From the NCBI RefSeq assembly GCF_009914755.1, contig NC_060931.1: a DNA stretch of 64,000 nt, one strand, 5' to 3'. Of this stretch, positions 41,423 to 55,572 are shown one piece after another. How positions within the stretch are numbered: position 1 is the first letter of the stretch; each line of letters begins with the position of its first letter. The notes beneath the pieces were generated by a model that ran no database searches, had not been told where the DNA came from, and worked only from the letters and a program-made list of their open reading frames with translations. The position numbers and the translations under genes were made by a program. The DNA is from the human T2T-CHM13v2.0 reference genome, Homo sapiens.

Positions 41423-41745
41423 CTTTTGAGTACTGGTGGTAGGCAGTCACCGCCATTGCCTCAGACATGTTGTGTAGCCTCATTTCAACCCCAGAACTGT
41501 CCCCGAAATCCATCATCAGACAGAGAGCCTCTCCAGAAGCCATATGAAAACGGAATCCCAGATTTGGAGGTGCCCGAGCTTCCACTTCCAGGGAGCAATT
41601 AAGAACAGGGTTCATGAAGTTATCAGAATTTCGAGCTAGGATGGCCACAGGAGGATGCTGAGTAGGGGGATAGAGGATCTCAGAACCAGACTGCGATGCC
41701 GTGAAGCTGGGGGTGCGAGGAATGCCAGGCGGAAGGCCGTGGGAG
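41423..41745 (-). CDS. PKD1L1: PKD1L1 exon 7 (SHGLPPG...MDFGDSSG...HQYSK), 323 nt
   Basis: Acceptor ctccccacag, donor AAG|GTAAGG; contains PKD-like DFGD motif. Confidence 0.94.
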
Positions 41746-41881
41746 CTGTGGGAGAGAGGGAGAGGCTTCAGATTTCATGACAGTGGACCACTGGGGTGGG
41801 AGGGCAGAAGCCAAGCAGCCTGGCCTGGGTCCAGCCAGCTAGAAGCCAAGTCTGAGAAACCTGATGAAAGGCTTCACTTCC

Positions 41882-42053
41882 ACTGGTTCTCAGAGTGGGG
41901 TCCCAGGGCCAGCAGCATCAGCATCACCTGGGCGCTTGTGAGACATGCAAATTCTTGACCCACCCCTGACCCACTGGGTCAGAAACTGGGGTGGGGCCAG
42001 CAAGCCCCCAGGTGAATCTGAGGTCAGCAAAAATTTGGGAGTCACTGCTCTAG
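41882..42053. mobile_element. MER5A-like hAT-Charlie DNA transposon
   Basis: ggttctc...cagcagcatcagcatcacctggg...atgcaaattct...cactgctctag. Confidence 0.85.
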
Positions 42054-42491
42054 CTACATTAGTAACAGTAAAAGGTAGAGTTTCTCTCATCACTGATTTA
42101 ATAGACACGAAAGATGGTATCTCCCACAAGTCACTACTTCCTGTGTTTTTGCGAAAAGCTCCCCGTGAGGGTGGGTGCCACCCTTTCTACATTTCTCCCT
42201 AGCTCCTTGTGCTGCAAATTGGTTGGGGAGTTGGAAATAGTCTAGGATACTCAAGTCTCAGCTTCCAATCACACAGGACTTTCAAGATCATTTATGTGTT
42301 AAAAGCTGGTCTTGAGTAAAGCATATGGTGTTGGTACCATTACGTGGCATAAACGAAAGATTAAAGAAAGCAGGAAAAGGAAGATCATGGAGGTAGAAAT
42401 GGCTTAAGTATCTTAATGGCCAATTCTCATGCTCCCATGTTTTTTTTTTTTTCCTCTTCCAGTGTGCTGTGCATGTCCCGTTAAAAAACAC

Positions 42492-43163
<672 letters not shown>

Positions 43164-43323
43164 TTATGTCTACAGCATTGTAACTTGAAAGTCACTGGAC
43201 TCAACTGCAACTATAATTAAAGCAAACAACGAAGATACTAAAATCACTAACGGATTGGGCATGGATGGTTCCAGACTGGGGATTGGAGAAGTGGTGCTGG
43301 CCTCCATACCTCCTTCACCGTAC

Positions 43324-43541
43324 CTTCTGGGAGAAGTGGGAAAATGTGAAATCGGCCACAGGGGCACTCGCTGGGAGCTGGTCTGAGTGGGTCTGGCCAC
43401 CTTGGTGGGGGTCTCCATCGTGACAGTCCCAGGAAGCAGCCCCGTGGCCACATCCTCCGCACAGCACAGCAGTCTCAGGACACAGCAGGAAGCCTCCATC
43501 TTCAGGCTGCAGGGAGCTGCTGCAGAAGTGGTGCCCTGGAG
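43324..43541 (-). CDS. PKD1L1: PKD1L1 exon 6 (LQGTTSAAAPC...PTSPR), 218 nt
   Basis: Acceptor cttttaag, donor AG|GTACGG; overlaps track ORF 43170..43499. Confidence 0.92.
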
Positions 43542-44155
43542 CTTAAAAGTTTAAGAACAGTTCAGGGTTTATTGAATGGCCTCGTCTGGCATCAGTAGCT
43601 GATGTCCGCCATGCTCAAAAAGCCAATTTAACAAACAGCCCCACTGCTACTGAGGTCTCTGCTATTTGGGTGGGTGACCACAAATTGGCCCCGTGCATTG
43701 GCGCTATGTTGTGAGTGGTAGGATTCACACTTTCCAGCATACTAGCCAAGACAGCGCCCAGCTGGCACCAGCTAGAACTATGAGGCATGTTTGATCAGGA
43801 ATTTCAGGGTTGCTTAGTATTAGAAGTTCATGTTACCCCTTCAGCTAAGCCAATAGAAAATTAGCAATTGCATAAGGTCATCTATAACTCTATAAGGTTG
43901 TCAGCTGGGAGATGGCGCTCTTACAGACAGCAAAAATGCTCTTACAGACAGCAAAAATATTTTCCCTTACTGTGGTGACAAATTTTAGAGATGCCTTCAA
44001 ACTGCCTGAGCAGTGTCCAAATGACTTAGAAATGCAAAATATGGTTCACTGACAAACTCTGAGGCCGCCTACATACGGGTGAGTCTCCCCCATATGCATC
44101 AGATGCTCACCAGCAGCTTTCTGATGAAATTCAATTGCAGGGGTTAGATACCAAC

Positions 44156-44276
44156 CTGGAGAAGAGCAGAGAATGTGCTGTCTGCGGTCCCAGTAGCGCA
44201 CAGCCGCCTGTGATGGAACCTGGGGCCACCACTGCTCCAGGCCCTTGCGATTATAATGAAAGGTTTGTGGGGAATT
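44156..44276 (-). CDS. PKD1L1: PKD1L1 exon 5 (IPHKPFIII...SALLQ), 121 nt
   Basis: Acceptor cccatacag, donor CAG|GTTGGT, in frame. Confidence 0.9.
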
Positions 44277-45284
44277 CTGTATGGGAAGGAAAGTGCAGAA
44301 AGAAAAGGAAACCCGGTCATGTTTCAGTCACATATCTGGCTTATTTGATTACAAATCATGCCCTTCACCAGGCTTTGCTGGAAATTCCCTTGCTGTGATT
44401 GCAGGCTCATTCCTGGGAGTCAGGCCCAGGCTGACCATGGGGATATGATGTGGTTAGAAGCCAAACCAGCGGGGCTGCTGCAGGCACTTGAGGGAGAAGT
44501 CTTAGGTAGAGTAGAGCTTATTAAACGATTGACTAAAATCCATGGCCACTGCTTCAGACAGTTCACCCAAAGGGGCGAGTCACATACAAAACATGCTCTG
44601 TCTTCCCTGCGGGGCCTGGACTTGACTGGAACATACTGTGGTGCAGTGACTGAGGGGGCACCGCGGAAGGCCTGGTGGTAACTACTTGCTTATTCCGAGT
44701 GCAGTCAAACCTGGCAGGGAGGCAGGGCTTGGGAATGGGACTCAAGGACCGTGCCTCTGGCCAGCAGGGACGAGGGTCAGTTAGCCGGTCATCTTCGTGT
44801 CCCCCATCATAGGACCCTGTTTTCAGCTGTTATCACCACCTCACCCTGCTGATGAGCCCCAGCGAGCCCTGCAGGAGTGGGTGAGGCACAGCAGGTTCCT
44901 TTCTCGGCGGCGGCTCCAGGCCCCACCTCTGGCAAGACCAGCCTTACTCTCAGCCTCCCTCCTCCCACATGGCTCCAATGAGGTGAGTGTCTCTGTCTCA
45001 GGCTGTGGCAAGGCCAGGCCAGCATTATAATCATGCATGAGAAAAATCCAAGACAAGTATTTCCAATGCCTGCAGCCAACTGGCTCTGGGCTTGCTCTGC
45101 TCTGCAGAAGAGGTGGTGGAGGCACGTTGGAGGACACAGGCCCAGGGTCAGAGGCTCTGGAGCTCAGTCCCCACCTATACAAGAGTCATCATTCTAGTGC
45201 CTCAGCTGAGGCTCACTGTCCGTGTCTGTTAGCATGGAGCTCAGAGAATAGACCTGCCCCGGTGCAGAGTAAACTATTAGATGA

Positions 45285-45727
45285 TGAGAAAGAAAAAGAA
45301 ACATTTTATCTGAGGAATGCGAGTCCCTTTAAATGATCAGGCCCAGAGATGCATTAAAATATGACAGCAGTCGTGTCTCACTCCACTTGAGCTAAACAAT
45401 GACCTCTTGAAGCCACTTGCTATGTGGGTTCTAAACTGACTGACGCCAAGTAGCCAAAAAATGCCATTCACCTTATAGTTCAACAATGTATAGCCAATCA
45501 CTGACCAATGTTATTTCTGTAAACCAACGAGAATTCCTGAGGAACAACTTCTGTAATTGCCCCCTTCCTGAGTCGTCATTTTTTCTTTAAAACTTGAGCC
45601 TCTCATTTGTTTTCCAAAGCACTTCCCAGTGTGCAGTGTGCACTTCCCCATTCTGCGGTGCTCAACCTTGGCCCAAATAAACTCCCTGTTTATTAACTTT
45701 GCCTCGGTTTCTTTCTTTAGGTCAACA
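45285..45727 (+). mobile_element. ERV1 solo LTR, same family as the exon-8 LTR
   Basis: tgagaaagaaaa...ttttatctgaggaatgc...tgtatagccaatcact...taggtcaaca; TSD atga/atgt. Confidence 0.85.
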
Positions 45728-45855
45728 ATGTGGACTGCACTTAACCTCAAATCCAACGCAACGTCCTGGCCCTGGGATGTTCACAGTGACCACCATGCCA
45801 CTGCCTGGGCCGCCCTGTTTGTCCCCAACCCTCTCTTCACCATGATCAGCCTTCG

Positions 45856-46560
45856 TGTATGGTGTACCCATGACATAACTAACTCCATCTTAGAAAAAGC
45901 CTCCATTTCTTTTCATAGAGCACTCTGCCAACAAGGAGAAGATATTTTGTTGAATAAATAAATAAATAAATAAAGGCTGCATCCAACCAGATAAGGACAC
46001 GCGCACACTCTTCCACTATTGGTTCTCACCAGAGGGCCCTGTGACCATACAAGATTAGGCCTGAACAGCTCCAAATGGCCGTCTTAACTGCCACTTTATT
46101 GCAGTCACTCGTGATGAGAGCTTGACATCTGCCGCCAGAAGCTCTGCTACCTTCAAGATTTTCTTGTAAGACTGATGAATCCTTCGGTCCAGACTGGGAC
46201 TCCTTTTGTCTTCTTGGCTTCCCCTGGACTGGTTCATTAACCCTTTCTCCTATCTCTTTTTCTTCTTGATGTTAAATGTTACTTTGTTTGCTGTGGAATG
46301 TTTACCTTACACCATTTATAGGTTAGGTATACTATTATGTATGGTTTGCAATACTGACTGACTTATGGAGTGGCATCAGCCTGTGTGCCCGCAGCTCTGG
46401 CTGCAAAGTAATGGGAAATACTACGGAAAATTGCCTCCTTAGGAGCTCCATGTAGCTCATGGCTTTTGTGATTGAATCACAATCAATAAAAGCCTGACAC
46501 TGTGGAAAAACACAAACATGCGTGGACCTAGTTATCTCTAACCTTGCACTACTCATGACA
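45856..46560 (+). mobile_element. Solo LTR (ERVL-class, LTR47-like, tentative)
   Basis: TG...CA termini, perfect 5-bp TSD cttcg, AATAAA at 46485. Confidence 0.82.
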
Positions 46561-48374
46561 CTTCGGCTCTGGGGCTTGTGGTGCAGGGGTTCACATGCTG
46601 TCCACTCTGTCAGATGAAGCCCACTTCCAGGTACTTCCAACGGCATGTCAACCCGGATCTTCTGTCCTCCCAGAGGGACATCTGAAGTCACTTCAGCTGT
46701 TCCTAATGTGACATATTTTTAGTCCATTCATCATCCTAATCACTTGCTTCCTATTTTTCCTTTTATATCCCTTTAGTTCTTAATGTAGTGATTTTCTTTA
46801 GGAAAACAACAACAACAAACCTGCATGTCTTAGCTGAGTCCTGGGGAAAAAGAAAAGGGCACCCGTGTCTATCCAGATTAAAGTCCGTGCATGTTTGTGT
46901 CTTTCCACAATGTCAGGCTTTTATTGATTGTGATTCAATCACAAAAGTAAAGGGCCTCAGAACAGGGACTGGCTTGGGGGTGGGGGGATTGCGCTCAGGC
47001 CTCAGGAGACAGACACAAGAGTACTCCCACCAGGCTTAACTCTGCTCACAGCTAAGAAGGTCTTCTGTTGCTAGGAAGGAAGACCCTTTCCTTCTAACCA
47101 AGCACACAGGCCAGAGGTTTGCTCACCCAAGCACTTCGGATTTGTAACCAGTGAGGGCCCAAGACAGACTGTGGCAGCTAAGCAGGAGGTGGGAGGTGGA
47201 GTCAATGAGCTCCCGCAGAGGGAGACCCCACTCTGCTCTTGTTTCTCGTGTGTATTCACAGGCCCTGCCTGCATTGCCAGGCCTCAGCAGAGAGACAAGA
47301 ATGACATTCCCGTGGCGGCACCCAGGGAGTGCTGATTCCACTTGAAGATTTCTTGCTAATTGAACAGTTACTTACACCTTAGCTAAGTCTTGAAATAATT
47401 TCTCAAAAATAAGCTGCGAAATTCTTCATTGGTTGACCCTAGCATTGGAGAAAATTGTTCTGCTCAAGCAGCAAAGAATGAGTTTTCTTAACTGGGGCTC
47501 CAGGGGATGTGCCAATCTACCCAGTAGAATCCAAAAGAAGTAAGAATTTCACACAGAGATGCTCTGCCCTGAAATGGATGCTACACAGGGCCTCAGCGAT
47601 CAGATTTCCGGGGGACAGACAGACAAATCCGGCCATAAAAGGTAGGCATATTGTTAGCAAAATGGAGTCCGAAAAACAACAGACCTGGGCCCACGCATCC
47701 AAGTATCTGGGTCACAAACCATCTGAAGGGTCCAATTCTCCCCAATACTGCTGTCAGCAAAGACTCGGAGACTGCAATGGTGGGGAACACAGTCAGGTGT
47801 GCAGCGTGGCCTGCCCTCACAGGTGGCTGTCACGGATTCTTCTTTTCCTAAATTTCCACCTAGGGGCTGAATCATGTGCGTCCATTGGCACAGGTTGGAC
47901 TTGGCCCGTGGTCTCCCAGGGCATGGTGCCAGCCACATGCTCTGCCCTGCCCCCTGTCCTGTCAGGTTTGAGGATTTTACAAATAAATAAAAGGAGCAAT
48001 ATTATAGCAGCAAATCAAGAGTAAAGATCAGGTGGATTGGAGGTATATCAGAAAGAACTGTGATCAGTTTAGCTGTTCTTGGCAACATTGATGGGCCACT
48101 ACCAGTCACTGCCTTTGAACAATAACATGAAAGGAAAAGTCGCATCGGTGAAAACAGTGGAACTGAATAATAACGAGGAAAACAAACATCTACATTTACC
48201 CATGTTTTTCCTTTAAGAAAGAAAAGTTACATTTGTTCTTTATATGCTTAAATGTTTAATTTCCATTAGAAGGAGTAAAACCATCAATTTCAGGTACAGG
48301 GTGACATTAGAGAAGGCCAACTATTTTTTAAAATTATGTCTACTTTAAATTTTGTATTGCCTGGTGCTATTGTG

Positions 48375-48697
48375 TTTTTTTAAATTGTGGTAAAACAATA
48401 ACATAACATTTACCATCTGAACCATTTGAAGGCACAGTTCAGTGGTGTTAAGTGTATGCACATGTATATGGTTGTGCAGTACATTTTTAGGACTTACCCA
48501 TCCTACAAAACTGAAGCTCTGTGCCCATTACACAACCCTCCGTTCCTCCTCCCCACAGCCCCTGGCAACCACCCCACTCTCCTTTCAGTGTCTATGAATG
48601 TGACTACTCTAGGGACCTCGCATAAGTAGAATTATAAAGGATGTGTCTTTTTGTGACTGGCTTATCTCACAAAGCATAATGTCTTCAAGGTTCATCG
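48375..48697 (-). mobile_element. L1MB-type 3' end fragment
   Basis: aattgtggtaaaa...cagcccctggcaaccacc...ttttgtgactggcttat. Confidence 0.85.
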
Positions 48698-49065
48698 AAT
48701 GCTGTTTTAAAGTCTGTATGTTATGCACCATGAAATAACCAATTACCATCATGTTGAGTGCTTGTACCCAGAAGGCTCACCATATTCCTTCCCAGATTTC
48801 AAAATAGAGATGATGATGATTCTTGTATGACATCACCTTCTACGGCTCCCAGCATTCGGGGGTTTGTCATACTACCTGTTCTACTCCTGCAAATTAACTT
48901 CAGAACACCGTTCTTTTTTCCATCAATTTAAGAGCTGCATTTGCTAACCCACCCTCGGGCCATGTAGGAACAAGCATCGACTTTCACATCTGAGCAATTC
49001 TTTGTAAGTTCCATGTCATTTGCATGTTCAGAAAAGCAATATTTCGCCATGGTACATTGACATAC

Positions 49066-49178
49066 CTATCAGCACTGTTATCACAATCCAGAGGCGCCTG
49101 TGTTTTTTCATTAACAACAGCCTGTGTTTTTTCATTAACAACACTTAACGCTGCTTCACTAGTTGTTTTCCAAATGTT
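49066..49178 (-). CDS. PKD1L1: PKD1L1 exon 4 (NIWKTTSE...DNSADR), 113 nt
   Basis: Acceptor ttcttacag, donor AG|GTATGT, in frame. Confidence 0.92.
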
Positions 49179-51972
49179 CTGTAAGAAAAAATAATAAAAT
49201 AATGTGAGAGAGCTGCTTATGAAAACCCAGTACATTTGGGAAAGTAATATTACTTCATTAACAAAATAGCAGTGGACCCCTGCTGTGCGCCCAGCACTGT
49301 GCTGCGCACCAGAGAAGCAACAGCGAGGAAAGCAGACAGCTTCATCCTCCCAGGGCTCCTGTTCTGCCAGAGGAAGCCAGAAAGCAAACATGTAGCCATA
49401 ACAGCATCTGCTGGGGGTCGTGCTGCGGAAGAATAGAGCTGCAGGAGGGATTCGTGCGGGGTCGGGACGGGGTGGGGGTGGGGGGGGGGGGCGGGGTGCT
49501 TTTTTATACACAGGGTCAGAGAAGGCCGCTGTGTGTGACGACATCTAAGCAGAGCTGGAAGAGGAGGAATGCAGAGCTATGCCGAAGGTGGAGGCACACC
49601 TGCTTCATTGCAGGAGCAGCAGAAGTCTCGTGGGGCTGCAGCCACAAGTGGGAACCGAGAGAGCACAGGAGGTGACCTCAGAGTTACGGGAGGCCAAGTG
49701 GGGTCAGACTCAGGACGTGGAGTTTCATTCTGAATGAGATGGAGGGTTCTGAGCACAAGAGTGGCACGCTCCAATGCACAGAAGCAACAGTGTGGTTGCG
49801 GTACTGAAGAGAGCCTGGCAGGCAGGAGTGGCAGCAGGGGATCCACTCAGAGGGCTATGAGGATGGCAGGTCTTGATTGTGGAGTGAAGGCAGAGGGTGA
49901 ACACCTCTGAGGCTATGGGGTGGCTGGGCTGGCTGCTGGACTGGAAGCGAGATGGAGCCCAAGAGAGAACTCAGAGACAATGCCACTGGGCTTGCTCGGC
50001 CTGTGCACACTGAGAGCTTAGGTGGGGTGGGGGCATTGGAGGGCAGGTGAGGAGTGCTGGGAGCCCATCTTGGTCATGAGGCCTCTGTTGACCTTGCATT
50101 GACCTGTGCAGCTCTCCTTGTGACAAAATCTCAATCCTGGTGGCACCAGGAAAGCAGGGAGGTGCCCACGGCACAGGAGGAGGGGGGACACTTTTGGCCT
50201 ACGGGAAGCTGGCCACCTTGTTTCCTACACAGGACGCCTGTCCAGAGACAACGCCCCACTGTGGACATGATTACAAAAAGCAGCCACCATCCCTCAGACT
50301 GAGGGCCCAGGGCCTCACTCTGGCTCTTGAGAGAGCTGTTACCAGAAGTAGTTCCAGCCAGTTAAGAAGTTAGTATAGGTTAACCAATGGCCCCGCCCCT
50401 CCCTGGGATGTGCGCTCCCTGTGCTGTGGGCCTTTTACAGATTTGTAACTACAGGACATCAGGTGCTTCATCTTTCAGGAGAACAACACAGGAAGGTGTC
50501 AAGAAGGCCAGAGTGGGAGCTGAAAGATGCCAGCTCGTGCCTGAGTGCATACGCCTGGCACCTGCCCCTCTTCTGTGACGAGAACAGGGAACCCCTCTGT
50601 GGCCTCCCAGAGCAGGACCTGGGTAGATCCTGGCAGTTTCCTGAGGATGTGAAACCCAGGGGCTGAGACAGCTGCATGTACCTACAACCCCTAAAAGGCA
50701 TGGTGCTAGTGAGCAGCATGGGAGACACAGGGCTTTGCAAGACACTATCCTATAACTATGCCCAATCAGCAAACTGCCCAGCACGTCCAGGCGCTGGTGT
50801 ATGGCCCTGTGTGACCTTCGCCTGAGCCCACTGGGGCTGTAGAGAGCAGAGCGGCCAGAATGCAGCTTGGAAATGGGTCTCCCAGTCAACCAAAACCAGA
50901 GAGCCCCCTGATTGCACATTTCACCAGGACCAAGGCCTTTGGGACATGATGGTCAAATCCTAAAGGCATCGATCTATGCCCAAAGCTGAGGTCCCAGGTG
51001 GCTGAACCTTGGAGTCACCTGGGTGGGGTGGGGTTGAAGCACCATCACCCTGAGCCACGCCACAGCATGTCTGTTAGAATCTTCAGAGGCAGGGCTTGTG
51101 CATGGTTTTGTTTGGTTTCTTTGACTTTTAAGCTCCCTAGGTGATTCTGCATAGCAGATCTGCACCAAGTGTTCAAGAAGCATGAGGTCTGTTTGCCCCC
51201 TTGTGTTTGGAGGTGAGGGCACTAAAAGCCTAAGGAAGTCACTGTATGTGGCTATTTACATTGTGTAATGTGAGAAACGCAGGTAATATCACCTCCCCTC
51301 TAAAACACCTCTCCCCAACCTCCTGTTCTCAGAACCATCAGACGCTCATCTTACTAAATATCCTTCCTTGGGAACCTAAAAATGCCTCCTTGAACTTTCG
51401 CTGACAAAAGTGATGGCAGAGCAGAGAAAAGCTCCCAAACACAAACACTGTGGGTTGAGATCAAATTCATTTCAATATAAACTCAGATGGATGTGCTACG
51501 GAGGGGGTGGTTTAATAACGCTGCTCTGCATGAGGAATACTGAAAAATGAACTGCAGGAGAGTCTTTGCCAAGGACAGCAGAGGTTCTGGGAGCTTCAAA
51601 GAGAACTGGCTTCTTTAAATTTGAACTAGAAACGCACAACTCTGGGCTGTCTGTGCATGTCCCTTTGGAACCAATGCTTATTCTGGGTGAAAAGCATGTC
51701 TCACTCAGAAGTTTTCACTCTTCTCTCGGACCCCACCCACAGATGTGAGAGTCACTCCTCTCACGCTTCTCCTCCATCTCCAGGGCATTGCCCAGGCCTT
51801 CAGACCCAAGCCCTGTTAGCTACTCTGATAAGCAGATGCAAGGGAATTCACAAACATCCAGGTAGCCCAGTCTTAATTAATAGGGGTCTTCAACGAGCTC
51901 CCCACACTGCGCAAGTTAAGCAGGGTTTCAGTGCTTTGGCTGCTGGAAGCCTTGTCTGTGCTGGAGCCATCT

Positions 51973-52190
51973 CGGGGCAGCTCCCACTCCCCACCTGGGG
52001 GACAGCACCCACTCCCCACCCCGGGGATAGCCCCCACTCCCCGCTTGAGGGGCAGCCCCCACTCCCCACCTGAGGGCTACCCTCCTACTTCCCACCTGGG
52101 AGGCAGCCCCTACTCCCCACCTGCAGGGCAGCCCCCACTCCCCACCTGAGGGCTACCCCTCACTCCCCATCTGAGGGCTATCCCCTACTC
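51973..52190 (+). repeat. C-rich minisatellite, about 9 x ~25 bp (gggcagcccccactccccacctga)
   Basis: Read directly from sequence. Confidence 0.9.
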
Positions 52191-52412
52191 CTCTGGGCTG
52201 GGCTAGCCCTGCCTGCACTTCTTATATGTGGAACTATGCTCTGGAGCTGAATTAAGGCTTTATAAGTCACACTTGCTTCATTGGCACAAACACACATGAT
52301 AGGAAAACAATCCCTGATGAATTCCTGATGAAACATGGAGGTGCTTTTTAGCTGTACTGTACATGTACTGTATTCAGGAAGAAAAGCCTAATTTCCCCAG
52401 ATCCAGGAATAC

Positions 52413-52537
52413 CTTCTGCCTGGAAGCTGATGAGGATGGGCTCTGTGATTCCCGGTCTTCTGCCTTTCCATTCAGAGCACACCAAGGACAGCCACACTTC
52501 CCATCACTCATAAGAAGCACATGATTAGCATAGACCT
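52413..52537 (-). CDS. PKD1L1: PKD1L1 exon 3 (EVYANHVLL...SRQK), 125 nt
   Basis: Acceptor tttctctctag, donor AAG|GTATTC, in frame. Confidence 0.93.
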
Positions 52538-54150
52538 CTAGAGAGAAAAAAAAAAGCAAACATTCTGAAGACTGCAATGTGCTGGGAAGGTGAGAACATA
52601 AAGCTGGAGAAGCCCTAAGTTATACATAAGGTCAAAGCCACCTGGGCCTAACAACGGGCTGATCATGAAGATGCGTGTCCTTGGGCTGCCGTGTCCTGCT
52701 GTGTGTGTTTTCTTTCTATTTCCTTGCTTAAACAATGTCTTAGGTGTAGCCCACACTAAGCAATATGAGGAAACGCACAACCACCAGCCACGCTGATAAT
52801 GAATGCCTGTTCCAGAAACACCCAGTGGTCTGGTCATAAAATAATGAGGGTCAAAGGTCCTGCTCAGGGGTGTGTAGTAGAGGGGGCAACACCACAGTCG
52901 GAAGGAGTGGTTGGGGAGCTGTTGGACAAACAGGAAGACCATTAAAGACACTCCAAAGTTTATAAGCAGGATGTTCCCACCCAGGCAATCTGGCCCTGAT
53001 GGTAGCACGGACCTGGCTGACGTTCACTCCTCCCATCTCTGAGGGCTGAAGGCCGGGCAGTGAGCGGAGCCAGTGTCCACCCGGCTGGGAGGCTGAGGGC
53101 CCTGCCACATCCCATGTCTGTGAGAGCATCTGGAATAGGATCTGCGCACAGCTGACAACTGTTGCCAGCGATGACAGGTCCTTGAGTGTTTGTGATGCCA
53201 TTCTCTCTACTCATGCAGATGTTTGAAAATGTCCATAATAAAAGTTAAAAGAAAATATTTCTGCTAGACCTGGCCCTGCACAGAGCCACTCTCAGCAAGA
53301 AGCCAGGCGACTGCCTTGGGTGCAAGAGCTGCTTTCCCTGAAGCCCCCACCCCTCTCATCCCCAGGTAGGAGGGGAAGGAAGTGGGGGTGGCGGGTGAAG
53401 AGGGGACTGGAGCACCCTGCTGCTTTTCTGTCAGACCCGAGTCCCTGTAAGGAAACCTGTTTCTGCCTGGGCTCTCTTAACCCCAGTCTGTTATTCTGGC
53501 CAGCTTTGCTCAGGCTAAAAGGAACCCAAAGGCCTGCAGGCCGCCGAGAGCAGCAGGTTCTCCAGGAGCTCCAGGCCAGGGCTGGGCCACCCTCACAGGG
53601 GATGTGGCTTCCAATCCCTGCACCCCAGCAGTGGTGCTGGCAGTCAGCTTGCCCCTAGCCTCCCAGGACACTCTCAAGTTTAGCCTAGGACAATATCAAA
53701 TCCAGTTTTAACATTGTGAGTCAAAGTCACTATTTACTGTCAAGAGTCCAGTGTATTAATATCTTGTGATAACAAAAGCTGAGGAAAAATCAAAGGCCGT
53801 GTTCCTGGCCTAATATGTGACGTGCTACAAATGCCATCGAGTGCCATTGAGCACCCACGCAGGCTGGATGCACCAACTGAGGTATGAAGTAATTTCCTGA
53901 ACTGGACACATCCGAGAGGAAGAAATATTTAGAAAATGTTTCGGAATAAGCTAGAATAGTCAAGTGACTCATATTTCTCTGAAACCAATTAGTCATCAAA
54001 GTCACTGTGCTCAAATTATCTGGAAAAAAAAGTGGATATACCCCTGAACAGAAAGAAATAAATAAAAAATCATAAAAAGTACATAAAATTGCAAAATTGA
54101 ATAAAGTATGTCACAAAAGGAGAAATAAACTAAGTGAGTGAAACTAATCC

Positions 54151-54568
54151 TGAAATTGGCTTAATTGTCCCACAGAAGTGATATTTATAGGTTTTTTGAA
54201 TAAACATGGAAACTGACTCTCCTAGTCTTAAAACCTGAAACTTAACATCCATCTCATCTGAGTTCTTCCCTCAGGAAACCAACCCAGGAAAGGGACCCAC
54301 CAGATCCCTGCATCCAGCCAGGCCCCTCATTCCTCAGATTGCTTCCTCACCCCTCTCTAATTTTGTTTTCTCGTCTTCCCTGCTATATAAACCCCCAAGT
54401 TTTAGTCAGATGGGGAGATATATTTGAGACTTTATCTCCCTTCTCCTCATCTGCAGCACCTGATAAAGCTTTCTTCCCTGGCAATCCTCGCAGTCTTCAT
54501 GATGATTATGCTCTGTACGTAAGCAGCAGCAGCAGGATGTCAGGCAAACCCCTGGCATTTAGGTAACA
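54151..54568 (+). mobile_element. Solo LTR (LTR26-like, tentative)
   Basis: TG...CA termini, TSD aatcc/attcc, tatataaa box, 3' end acccctggcatttaggtaaca. Confidence 0.78.
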
Positions 54569-55058
54569 ATTCCACATGATCTTAACATAAGAATTGCAAA
54601 AGAATTGGCGTTGCATTGTTTCAACATTGATGCCAGGCACACACCCGCCTCCTGCCCCGCGCCCCCGCCCCCCCACTCCATTTAAATCCGTCTCTTTAGA
54701 AATTAAAAAAATTTTTTTAAATTTAATTTTAAAAATCCGTTTCTCAGGTCTACCAAATGTGTAGCCTAAGTTGAAAACTCAAAAATTCCTTCTACTTAAA
54801 GGAATCCTGGCAATTACGTTTCAGGCAACACTTTAGAATTTTCATTTTAAAAATTAAAAACAGAGATACTCTCTGTGTTAAGGACGAGGAGGAAAACCCC
54901 ACACCTGTGGCCATGCAGACACCTCCTGTAACCTAAGTATTCCCTTCATTGGGCTCTGGGAGGCCCCACTTACAGTCTTGGTTGTTCTCGAAGTGTGGCC
55001 CCCAGATCTCAGCCTCACCCCAGACCTCCTAAAGCAGAAAGTCAGGGGTGGGGCCCAG

Positions 55059-55572
<514 letters not shown>

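Noticed and set aside
43917-43958. Perfect 21-bp tandem duplication gctcttacagacagcaaaaat x2 (a similar 24-bp one lies in L1 ORF2 near 30461-30504)
   Set aside because: Ordinary intronic slippage with no functional cue.
47509-48024. 171-aa plus-strand ORF
   Set aside because: Non-ATG start, no recognisable domain or splice support; consistent with a chance ORF.
49455-49497. G-run cluster able to form a G-quadruplex
   Set aside because: Short, embedded in decayed L2-like sequence and C-rich in the RNA; a common feature.
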